64,000 nt of DNA from an uncultured Eubacteriales bacterium. Its GTDB lineage: Bacteria > Bacillota > Clostridia > Oscillospirales > CAG-272. Below the pieces are notes generated by a model. The model had not been told where the DNA came from and did no database searches. It was given only the letters and a program-made list of their open reading frames with translations. Within the stretch, counting starts at the first letter, position 1. Each line of letters starts with the position of its first letter. Positions 56,162-64,000 of this stretch are shown here, one piece after another. Made by a program: the position numbers and the translations under genes. The stretch is taken from assembly GCA_958414825.1 (NCBI GenBank), contig CATYXQ010000001.1, positions 6,401-70,400 on the forward strand. The letters are read 5' to 3'.

Positions 56162-57430
56162 TTACTTAATACATGACCGACAATACCGGTTTCCCGGCAG
56201 ACTGACAGCCAGTCCCTTCACCGAAAGGGAGATCAGATGCATACTTACATCCGCAACCGTCTGCCCGGTGGCGCTGACAAGCATATCCACGCTCACGCCG
56301 CCCTCCTCGGGGAGACGGTCATATACTGCCTTTTCACACTCGGGCAGCATGATAAATTCAGAATTCTGCGCGGTCTTTTCCGCGTCGTACTGCGGCAAAC
56401 CTGCCGCTTCCTCTGCGAATTCGTCCGGTTCGGCGGCAGGCTTTCGCAGATGTATAAATTTTATGCCGGAATTGCCGGCGCTGACGCCGTAACGGCGCAT
56501 CGCCCGTTCGGAATCATACCGTTTGCTGCCGATAGCGCAAACATCCACATCCGGGAATGCGGCAGGATCGAACGAGGTCAAAATATCTGCGGCGCAGGTC
56601 ACAAGCCGCGCGCCGTTTTTAATCAATTCATTTGTACCGGCGCTGTTTGAAAGTCCGACATTTCCGGGAACCGCAAATACCGGACGTCCCTGCCGGATCG
56701 CATTCCGCGCCGTAATCAATGCGCCGCTCTGTGCCGGCGCCTCAACGACAAGCGTACATCTCGACAAGCCGCTGATCAATCGGTTGCGCTGCGGGAAATT
56801 GCGTCCATCCGGCTCTGTGCCGGGCGGATATTCGCTGAGTAAAAATCCATCATTCAAAATACTTTTGCAAAGTTTAGCGTGCATAGCCGGATACACCCGA
56901 TCCAGCCCGCACCCCAGCACCGCCACGGTTTCCGCCTGCGCGTCCAGCGCGCCCGCAGCTGACATACCGTCGATTCCGAGCGCCATTCCGCTGACGATCA
57001 CCGCGCCGGCCGAAGCAAGATCATAGCCCAGGCGATACGCCATATCCCGGCCGTATTCGCTCATGGTACGCGTACCCACGACGCCGATGCAAAGGCGCTT
57101 GTCGAAATCCACAGGCTGCCCTTTGAAATAAAGCAGCGCCGGCGGCGTCGCAATATATTTCAGAACAGACGGGTATCGGGAATCGCTGTATGTAAGAACG
57201 CCGATCCCCAGCCGTTTGCAGTCCTCCAAAATCCGCTCGGATCGAGAAAGCTCCTTGTCCAAAAGACGCAGACGAATACGCTCCGGAAGCCTTTCAACCG
57301 ACAAAAGCGCATCGCGGTCCGCCTCATAAATCGCTTTTGCGGACACAAACTTTGTTACGAGCGGCGCAAGATACGGGCTGGCTGCGCCAAGCCGTGTGCT
57401 AAGCCATGTCCAATATACGCTCTCACTCAT
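56162..57430 (-). CDS. dprA: DNA-processing protein DprA
   Basis: VVGTRTMSEYG...IVSGMALGIDG...FPQRNRLISGL. The start is trimmed to ATG 57430. Confidence 0.9.
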   Translation of the reverse strand: MSESVYWTWLSTRLGAASPYLAPLVTKFVSAKAIYEADRDALLSVERLPERIRLRLLDKELSRSERILEDCKRLGIGVLTYSDSRYPSVLKYIATPPALLYFKGQPVDFDKRLCIGVVGTRTMSEYGRDMAYRLGYDLASAGAVIVSGMALGIDGMSAAGALDAQAETVAVLGCGLDRVYPAMHAKLCKSILNDGFLLSEYPPGTEPDGRNFPQRNRLISGLSRCTLVVEAPAQSGALITARNAIRQGRPVFAVPGNVGLSNSAGTNELIKNGARLVTCAADILTSFDPAAFPDVDVCAIGSKRYDSERAMRRYGVSAGNSGIKFIHLRKPAAEPDEFAEEAAGLPQYDAEKTAQNSEFIMLPECEKAVYDRLPEEGGVSVDMLVSATGQTVADVSMHLISLSVKGLAVSLPGNRYCRSCIK

Positions 57431-57452
57431 ACATATTACCTTTCCGCCGCGG

Positions 57453-58325
57453 TTATGACCGCTGCATAAATGCAAAAATCGAAGCGGCTGCAGCGGCATT
57501 CAGAGACTCCGAATCCGGCCGGATCGGGATATACACGCTGCCGGAACACGCCGCCGAAATTTCCGGCGGAATACCGTGTCCCTCATTGCCGATCAAAAAA
57601 CAGTCGCTTTGCCCAACGCCAACCGTGTCCGCGCTGAGCGCGCCGGGACGAATCTCGGCGGCAAAGACCCGGCGGCCTGAAGCGATCAGCGCCGAGACGG
57701 CCTGCCGCATCTGTCCGACCAAGTCCACCTTGATTTTAAAAAGCGCGCCCATTGCGGCGCGCATAGCGCGGCTGCTGTAAAGATCCGCGCTGTCCGCGCT
57801 GAAAATCAGCCGGTCAAAACCGAACGCCGCCGCGCTCCGAACAATGGTTCCCGCATTGCCGGGATCGCGCACCGAGCACAAAAGCATCAGTTTTTCTCCG
57901 GCACAGCATTTTGCCCTGCTTTCTTCAAATGCGGGAACTGTTCTGATATTTTTCAAAAAATTCAAAACGCAAATAACGCCTTCGGGAGCCTTTTCACTGC
58001 TGATTTTATCAAAAGCAGAGGCGGAAAGCGTAAAAAAACGTGTGTTTTTATATACAGAGATTCCGCGCATCGCATACAGCGTTTCGGATACAAGCGTCCC
58101 AGTCTGTCCCTCGCGCAGAAGCACCGCCTCAATCCCGGTACGGCGTCCGACCGCCTCGGAAAATAGTTTTGCTCCCTCGCACAGAAACAATTCGTCCTGC
58201 TCCCGATATTTTTTATCCGCAAGTTTTGCATATTTGACTACAACAGGATTCGCTCTGCTGCTGATATACACGTTTTCAAGCACAAGCGGCCTCCAAAAAA
58301 GCAAGATTTCCGAAATGCGGCGCAT
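57453..58325 (-). CDS. TrmH/SpoU-family RNA 2'-O-methyltransferase
   Basis: DPGNAGTIVRSAAAFG and LIGNEGHGIPPE motifs. The exact start is uncertain. Confidence 0.85.
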   Translation of the reverse strand: MRRISEILLFWRPLVLENVYISSRANPVVVKYAKLADKKYREQDELFLCEGAKLFSEAVGRRTGIEAVLLREGQTGTLVSETLYAMRGISVYKNTRFFTLSASAFDKISSEKAPEGVICVLNFLKNIRTVPAFEESRAKCCAGEKLMLLCSVRDPGNAGTIVRSAAAFGFDRLIFSADSADLYSSRAMRAAMGALFKIKVDLVGQMRQAVSALIASGRRVFAAEIRPGALSADTVGVGQSDCFLIGNEGHGIPPEISAACSGSVYIPIRPDSESLNAAAAASIFAFMQRS

Positions 58326-58385
58326 TCATTTAAAAGCGCCCTTAAAAACGCCAAAAACCCGGCTTTTACCGGGTTTCTTTTTGAA

Positions 58386-58739
58386 TTAAAGCGCGGCTTT
58401 CGCTTTTTCAACCAGAGAAGCAAACGCTTCCTTGTCGCAAACCGCAATCTCAGAAAGCATTTTTCTGTTCAGTTCAATACCCGCGAGCTTCAGACCGTGC
58501 ATAAGCGTCGAATAATTCATGCCGCAAACCTTAGCCTGCGCGGAAATTCTGGTGATCCAAAGAGAACGCATGTCTCTCTTTTTCATCTTTCTGCCGGCGA
58601 AAGCATAGTTGCCGCTCTTAAGCACGGCCTGCTTCGCCATCTTAAAATGTTTGCTCTTTGCGCCCCAATATCCCTTTGCAGCCTTTAATACGCTTTTTCT
58701 TCTCTTGCGCGTCATCATAGCGCCTTTTACTCTAGCCAT
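58386..58739 (-). CDS. rplT: 50S ribosomal protein L20
   Basis: [29 protein letters not shown]. Confidence 0.97.
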   Translation of the reverse strand: MARVKGAMMTRKRRKSVLKAAKGYWGAKSKHFKMAKQAVLKSGNYAFAGRKMKKRDMRSLWITRISAQAKVCGMNYSTLMHGLKLAGIELNRKMLSEIAVCDKEAFASLVEKAKAAL

Positions 58740-58779
58740 TTTATTGAATCCTCCAAATTCCTGATTTTACGGCGCCCGA

Positions 58780-58974
58780 TTATTTCTGAATGAGCGCTTT
58801 GATTGTGGGAGCCATCGAGGTGCTGAGGTATGCGCCCTTGCGAAGCGATCTCTTGCGCTTGGCCGTCTTGATACCGAGCTTATGACGATGCTGCGAATGA
58901 TTCATTTTCACTTTTCCGCCGCCGGTAACGTCAAACCTTTTTGCCGACGCCTTATGTGTCTTGATTTTTCCCAT
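58780..58974 (-). CDS. rpmI: 50S ribosomal protein L35
   Basis: MGKIKTHKASAKRF. The start is trimmed to ATG 58974. Confidence 0.93.
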   Translation of the reverse strand: MGKIKTHKASAKRFDVTGGGKVKMNHSQHRHKLGIKTAKRKRSLRKGAYLSTSMAPTIKALIQK

Positions 58975-59032
58975 GGTTCTATCTCCTTTTGATTTTTTCA
59001 AAAAATATGCAAATTCCCGAGAATTTACCGGA

Positions 59033-59551
59033 TTATTTCTTCACGGGCGACAAAACGACAGACATAAATCTGCCCTCCATCGAAAGGCCTTTCTCAGAAA
59101 CGCCCGAACCGCTGCACGCCTCAAGGAATTTCTCCAGCATGGAACGTCCGATATCCTGATGCGCCATTTCGCGTCCCTTAAAACGGATAATCGCCTTAAC
59201 CTTATCTCCGCCGTCCAGAAACTTGCACGCCTGATTGACGCGAGTCTGAAAATCATGCGTATCGATCCGGCAGGACAATTGCACTTCTTTTACCTTGACG
59301 ATTTGCTGCTTTTTGCGCGCCTCTTTCTGTCTCTTGTCCTTCTCAAAGCGATATTTACCGTAATCCATAATGCGGCATACCGGCGGCTCCGCCTGCGGAG
59401 ACATCATAACAAGATCCAGTCCCTTGCCGTAAGCGAGTTCCTTTGCATCCTCCGTAGAAAGAATGCCGATCTGTTCGCCGTCTGCCCCGATAACACGCAC
59501 TTCTCTGACTCTGATATCGTCGTTAATCTGTGTCGAATCCTTTGCGCTAAT
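59033..59551 (-). CDS. infC: Translation initiation factor IF-3, apparent ATT start
   Basis: (I)SAKDSTQINDDIRVREVRVIGADGEQ aligns with MISKD..NE.IR..EVRLIG of known IF-3 proteins. GGAGGTG lies 6 nt upstream of ATT 59551-59549. There is no in-frame ATG at a sensible position. Confidence 0.88.
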   Translation of the reverse strand: MSAKDSTQINDDIRVREVRVIGADGEQIGILSTEDAKELAYGKGLDLVMMSPQAEPPVCRIMDYGKYRFEKDKRQKEARKKQQIVKVKEVQLSCRIDTHDFQTRVNQACKFLDGGDKVKAIIRFKGREMAHQDIGRSMLEKFLEACSGSGVSEKGLSMEGRFMSVVLSPVKK

Positions 59552-59889
59552 GCTGAACACCTCCAATAAAAAATAAATGCGAAGAAAAATTCTCCGCATA
59601 CAAATAATGCACCCAGCCAGATGCATTTTCTGAGTATTAACCGCAGCCGCAGAACGCTGCCGGGTGAGAACGGAGTACATTCTTCTTTATTGCGCTGAAA
59701 TTATAGCATATCCGCGCCGTCTTGTCAATGTTTTTTTGAATTTTTTTCGCAATTTCGCAAATCTCAGGAAAAAAACAAAAAACATTGCACTTTTTTAATT
59801 TGACCTATAGAAATCGGAGCGTATATATGATATACTATTAAATTGAAATATTATTGTTAAGCGAAAGGACTGCTACGGCAGAAAAATAT

Positions 59890-62312
59890 ATGTCAATCTC
59901 ACTGCATTCAACCGACCGGTACAGCGTTCCGGTCTTACCGCTGAGGGGTATGGTTGCATTTCCCTCCGTTCCGCTCAGTATCGAGATCGCACGCTCAAAA
60001 TCGATCGATGCGATCCGCGCCGCCGAACAGAGCGACGGATATATTTTACTTCTGGCGCAAAAAGATCTGTCTGTTGAAAATCCTCAAGCGGACGATCTAT
60101 TTGCGGTCGGTACCGTTGCCAAAATCAAGCAATCCATTAAAACATCTGAGGGAGCCGTGCGTGTTCTGCTTGAGGGGCAGAGCCGTGCCGAAGTCGCAGC
60201 ATATACGCAGGACTGCTCTTATATCCGCGCGTTTGCGGCTCTGCAAAATACCGCAGAAGCCGAAGCATCCGTACAGTCGGAAGCGCTGATCCGTCAGGCA
60301 CATGCCGCGCTTACGCGCGTCGCAAAGCTGATGTCGAAAATTTCGGATGAGCTTGTTTTTGCCGCGCAGGCCATCAGTCAGCCCGGACTGCTTGCAGATT
60401 TCATTGCCGTAAACTTTCTGTTCCGATACGAAGACAAACAGGAAATCCTGGAAATATTCGATCCGCAAGCGCGGCTGGAAACCACCGTCGCACTGCTCCG
60501 GCAGGAAGGCAGGAAGAAGAAATCCTGCATTGTGAAATGGATATTCACAAAAAAGTACGCGCGCGGCTGGAAGAAAACCAGCGCGACGCCTACCTGCGCG
60601 AACAAATGCGCGTCATTCAGGGCGAACTCGGCGACGACGGCGCGGACGACGCCGATGAATTTTTTGACCGCATTGAAAAAGCCGCGCTTCCTAAAGAAAT
60701 CGAGGAAAAGCTTGAAAAAGAGGCCGCGCGCCTTGCCAAAACACCGTACGGATCAGCGGAAAACAGCGTTTTGCACAATTACCTGGAAGAATGTCTTGAC
60801 ATTCCATTCGGCAAATATACGGAACCTGTTTTCGATCTCGAACAGGCGAGCAAAATCTTAGAGCGCGATCATGACGGATTAAACGAGGTCAAGGAACGCA
60901 TCCTGGAATTCTTAGCCGCTCAGCAATTTTCCGGTCAAAAAGGGGGGCAGATTCTCTGTCTCGTTGGGCCTCCCGGCGTCGGAAAAACCTCGATTGCCGC
61001 TTCGATTGCCGAAGCGCTCGGCAGAAAATATGTGCGCGTATCGCTCGGCGGCGTGCGCGATGAAGCGGATATCCGCGGGCACCGCAAAACCTATGTCGGA
61101 GCGATGCCCGGCCGTATTGTCGCTGCTCTGCAAAAGGTCGGCGTGATGAATCCTCTGATACTGCTGGACGAAATCGATAAGCTGACCAATGACGCGCACG
61201 GCGATCCCGCCTCCGCGCTCCTTGAGGTGCTGGACAGCGAACAAAACAAATCCTTCCGCGATCACTTCACGGAAATTCCGATTGATCTTTCCGAATGCGT
61301 ATTCTTAGCCACGGCAAACACGCTGGACACCGTTGCCCGTCCGCTAATCGACCGAATGGAAATTTTACACCTCGATACCTATACGCGCACCGAAAAACTG
61401 CGCATTGCCAAAAATCACCTGATTCCCAAGCAACTGCAAAAATACGGGATGACAAAAAAGCAATGCACAATCACGCCTTCCGCCACAGCGGAACTGATCG
61501 ATTACTACACAGCGGAGGCCGGGGTCCGGAATCTGGAGCGCACATTGGCCGCGCTCTGCCGAAAAGCGGCAAAAGAACTGCTCGGCGGCGCTGAAAAAGT
61601 CACCATACGCGCTTCCGATATACCGAAATATCTTGGCGCAAGGAAATTTCTGCCCGAAAAGCTGTCCCCTGCCGACGAGGTCGGCGTCGTCAACGGGCTG
61701 GCATACACTTCAGTAGGCGGAGATATTCTGAAAATCGAAGCGGCGGTTCTCGACGGCTCCGGTAAAATCGAGATGACCGGCTCGCTCGGCGACGTTATGC
61801 GGGAATCCGCAAAGCTTGCCGTCAGCTACGTCCGGATGATAGCCAAAGACTACGGTATCAACAGCGATTTTTATAAAACCAAAGACATACATATCCATTT
61901 CCCGGAGGGCGCGGTTCCCAAGGACGGCCCCAGCGCCGGTGCGGCCATCGTATGCGCGCTGGTCAGCGCGCTCAGCGGCGCGCCGGTTCGGCGGGATGTG
62001 GCTATGACGGGGGAATTCAGTCTCCGCGGACGTTTGATTGCAATCGGCGGCCTGAAAGAGAAAACCATGGCGGCCTATACGAGCGGAATACGCACCGTCC
62101 TGATTCCCAGCGATAATGTAAAAGATCTTGAAAAAATCGACCAAGAGGCGCGAGCGCATCTGAATATCATCGGATGCCGCAGCATACAGGAAATACTCAA
62201 TCATGCGCTGGCAAAAACCTCCGCCGCTCGGCGACACACGTCCGCGCGCATTCAAAAAGCGCCCGAAGCCGCCCGCAGCGCAAAGGCAAAACACAGCGGC
62301 GCGCATCTGTGA
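59890..62312 (+). pseudogene. lon: ATP-dependent Lon protease, split by a 1-nt frameshift near 60500-60515 (real, or an assembly indel)
   Basis: The N-terminal LON domain is in ORF 59854..60861. The frame then switches to ORF 60537..62312, which carries GPPGVGKTS (Walker A) and PKDGPSAG (catalytic Ser). The expected coiled-coil QRDAYLREQMRVIQGELG is present only in the second frame. Confidence 0.85.
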
Positions 62313-62321
62313 AAGGAACGA

Positions 62322-62927
62322 ATGAACATCAATCTGCAAAATGTAAAGCTGTCAATCAGCGCCGGAAGACCCGAACAGTTTCCGAGAAAAGCGATTCCGC
62401 AAATTGCTTTTTCCGGGCGCTCCAACGTCGGAAAAAGCTCGCTTATCAATGCGCTGCTCGGTCGCAAATCCCTGGCGCGCGTCAGCAGCGCGCCAGGAAA
62501 AACGATCACCATAAACTTTTATGAGATCGACGGCAAATGCTTTTTAGCCGATCTGCCCGGATACGGGTTTGCCAGGCGTCCTCCGGATGAAAAAGCAGCC
62601 TGGTCGGCGCTCACCGACGGATATTTCACGGCAAATCCAAACCGGGATCTTCTGCGCCTTGTCGTGCAGTTGATTGACGCCAAAGTCGGCGCAACAAAAG
62701 ACGACCTTCAAATGCTTGAATGGCTGGCGAAGTCCGATATTTCCTTTGTAATCGCTACCACAAAAAACGATAAGCTATCCAAAGCCGCCCAAAGCCGCGC
62801 AATGGACGATCTTTTCACCTTGCCGTTTGTCCGACATGCAAAAGAGATCATTTCCTGCTCCTCCGAAACGCGCGTCGGCTGTCAGCCGCTCTGGAACGCC
62901 ATCTTAAAGTACGCCGATCTGATATAG
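62322..62927 (+). CDS. engB: Ribosome biogenesis GTPase EngB/YsxC
   Basis: AFSGRSNVGKSSLINALLG and DLPGYGFA motifs. Confidence 0.93.
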   Translation: MNINLQNVKLSISAGRPEQFPRKAIPQIAFSGRSNVGKSSLINALLGRKSLARVSSAPGKTITINFYEIDGKCFLADLPGYGFARRPPDEKAAWSALTDGYFTANPNRDLLRLVVQLIDAKVGATKDDLQMLEWLAKSDISFVIATTKNDKLSKAAQSRAMDDLFTLPFVRHAKEIISCSSETRVGCQPLWNAILKYADLI

Positions 62928-62936
62928 GAGTCAAAC

Positions 62937-63605
62937 ATGGATATTTTGGAAATTTACAGTTATATCATCCGCGTTCCGATTGTTTTGCTTGCTCTGACCG
63001 TGCACGAAGTTTCACATGGTTACGCCGCCTACAAACTCGGCGATCCGACCGCACGAAACCTCGGACGGCTCTCTCTGAATCCGCTGAAGCATTTGGATCC
63101 GCTCGGCGCGCTTTGTATGCTCCTGTTCCGTTTTGGATGGGCAAAGCCGGTTCCGATCAACACGAGATATTTCAAAAAACCGCGGCGGGATATGGCGCTC
63201 TCTGCGCTGGCCGGTCCGCTGTCCAATATTTTAATGTCCTTTGCAGCCTTTATCGTAAGCATGTATCTCTTCAAATACGGCTGTCACGACGGCTATGTGA
63301 ATTTGGATATTCTCAGCGACAAAATCGCTTATCTGCTGTTTCTTTTTCTCTATACTTTCTATCAAATGAATCTGTGTCTCGGCATTTTTAACCTGATCCC
63401 CATTCCGCCGCTGGACGGTTCGCGTATCCTGTTTGTTTTTTTGCCGGACAAAATATACTTCGGTTTTATGAAATACGAACAGTTCATTTCTATTGCGCTG
63501 ATCGTCGGACTCTGGACGGGACTGCTCGACTATCCGCTCAGCTGGGTGATTGGCTCCATTGAGAACGCTTTTACTTTTGTGACCGAATTTCTGCCTTTTC
63601 TATAA
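62937..63605 (+). CDS. Site-2 protease family (M50) membrane metalloprotease
   Basis: TVHEVSHGYAAYKLGD is the HExxH motif and NLIPIPPLDGS is the second motif. Multi-TM protein. Confidence 0.85.
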   Translation: MDILEIYSYIIRVPIVLLALTVHEVSHGYAAYKLGDPTARNLGRLSLNPLKHLDPLGALCMLLFRFGWAKPVPINTRYFKKPRRDMALSALAGPLSNILMSFAAFIVSMYLFKYGCHDGYVNLDILSDKIAYLLFLFLYTFYQMNLCLGIFNLIPIPPLDGSRILFVFLPDKIYFGFMKYEQFISIALIVGLWTGLLDYPLSWVIGSIENAFTFVTEFLPFL

Positions 63606-63631
63606 AAATTTACACAAGCGAGGCTATCATT

Positions 63632-64000
63632 GTGGAGCAGCTTACCTATAAATTAGATATTTACGAAGGGCCGCTGGATCTTTTACTGGATCTGATTGCC
63701 AAAAACAAACTGGACATCGCCGATATTCCAATCGCGCTGATCTGCGATCAATACATGGCTTATATCGAACAGGCGCGCGCCATGGATATGGAACTCGCCG
63801 GTGAATTTATTGTTATGGCAAGCGAACTTTTGTATATCAAAAGCAAAGTTCTGCTGCCGCATACCGATCCCGTAGAGGAAGATCCGCGCGCATCGCTTAC
63901 CGAAATGCTGCTTTTATATAAGCAGGCCAAAGATGCCGCAGAACAACTGGCGCCGATGTATTCCGTATACGGCGGCCGCCTTGAGAAAGAAGAGGATGAG
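63632..64000 (+). CDS. scpA: Segregation and condensation protein A, 3' end outside the window
   Basis: Not in the ORF track because it is open at the window edge. My own translation from GTG 63632 gives VEQLTYKLDIYEGPLDLLLDLIAKNKLDIADIPIALICDQYMAYI...ELAGEFIVMASELLYIKSKVLLP. Confidence 0.85.
   Translation, partial: MEQLTYKLDIYEGPLDLLLDLIAKNKLDIADIPIALICDQYMAYIEQARAMDMELAGEFIVMASELLYIKSKVLLPHTDPVEEDPRASLTEMLLLYKQAKDAAEQLAPMYSVYGGRLEKEEDE

Noticed and set aside
59795-59830. A possible CtsR box upstream of lon, the TTTGACC half-site in AATTTGACCTATAGAAATCGG.
   Set aside because: Only one heptad matches. The second repeat of the GGTCAAA-NAN-GGTCAAA operator is absent.
1-64000. A search for CRISPR arrays, rRNA, tRNA, tmRNA, SRP RNA or RNase P RNA signatures in the intergenic regions.
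   Set aside because: I recognised no regularly spaced direct repeats and no conserved RNA signature by eye. The only repeat family is the palindromic element in the R-M locus, and its arms are inverted and irregularly spaced, which is not CRISPR-like. A covariance-model scan would be needed to be sure.

Overview
This window comes from a Clostridia-type chromosome of roughly 55% GC. The gene order, the GCG/GAA/AAA-rich codon style and a dockerin-bearing glycosidase suggest Oscillospiraceae/Ruminococcaceae, but that is inference only. About 85% of it is conserved housekeeping sequence:
- alaR/alaT-like regulator-aminotransferase pair, then bioY-birA
- ispG-rseP-dxr-cdsA-uppS-frr-pyrH-polC
- tsf-rpsB
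- rpsU, then leuS-rsfS-LCP-yqeK-nadD-yhbY-rdgB-ftsY-smc-(radical SAM)-rnc-plsX-trmFO-topA-dprA
- rplT-rpmI-infC
- lon-engB-(M50 protease)-scpA

Two regions are accessory.

(1) 3390..8996 is a Type III restriction-modification operon, mod-res. A low-GC four-helix-bundle gene of the 23S rRNA intervening-sequence protein / Avd-like family sits between mod and res. The locus also holds five copies of a palindromic element, a G-rich arm followed by its reverse-complement C-rich arm. I did not see this element anywhere else in the window. Four copies lie in-frame inside mod and res, and the fifth flanks the four-helix-bundle gene. This is the most unusual structure here.

(2) About 32.1..38.4 kb is a decaying c-di-GMP island between nnr and rpsU. 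It has two GGDEF genes and one sensor-GGDEF-EAL gene. It also carries two GGDEF remnants, a VTC-domain pseudogene broken by an 8-bp tandem duplication, and the C-terminal remnant of a large serine recombinase with an internal TGA.

Two otherwise intact genes are each interrupted by an apparent single-base deletion: lon, and a GH43-dockerin enzyme cut off from its signal peptide. These are either real mutations or assembly indels. I saw no rRNA, tRNA or CRISPR array. Many long ORFs in the track are antisense shadows of recognisable genes and were rejected.
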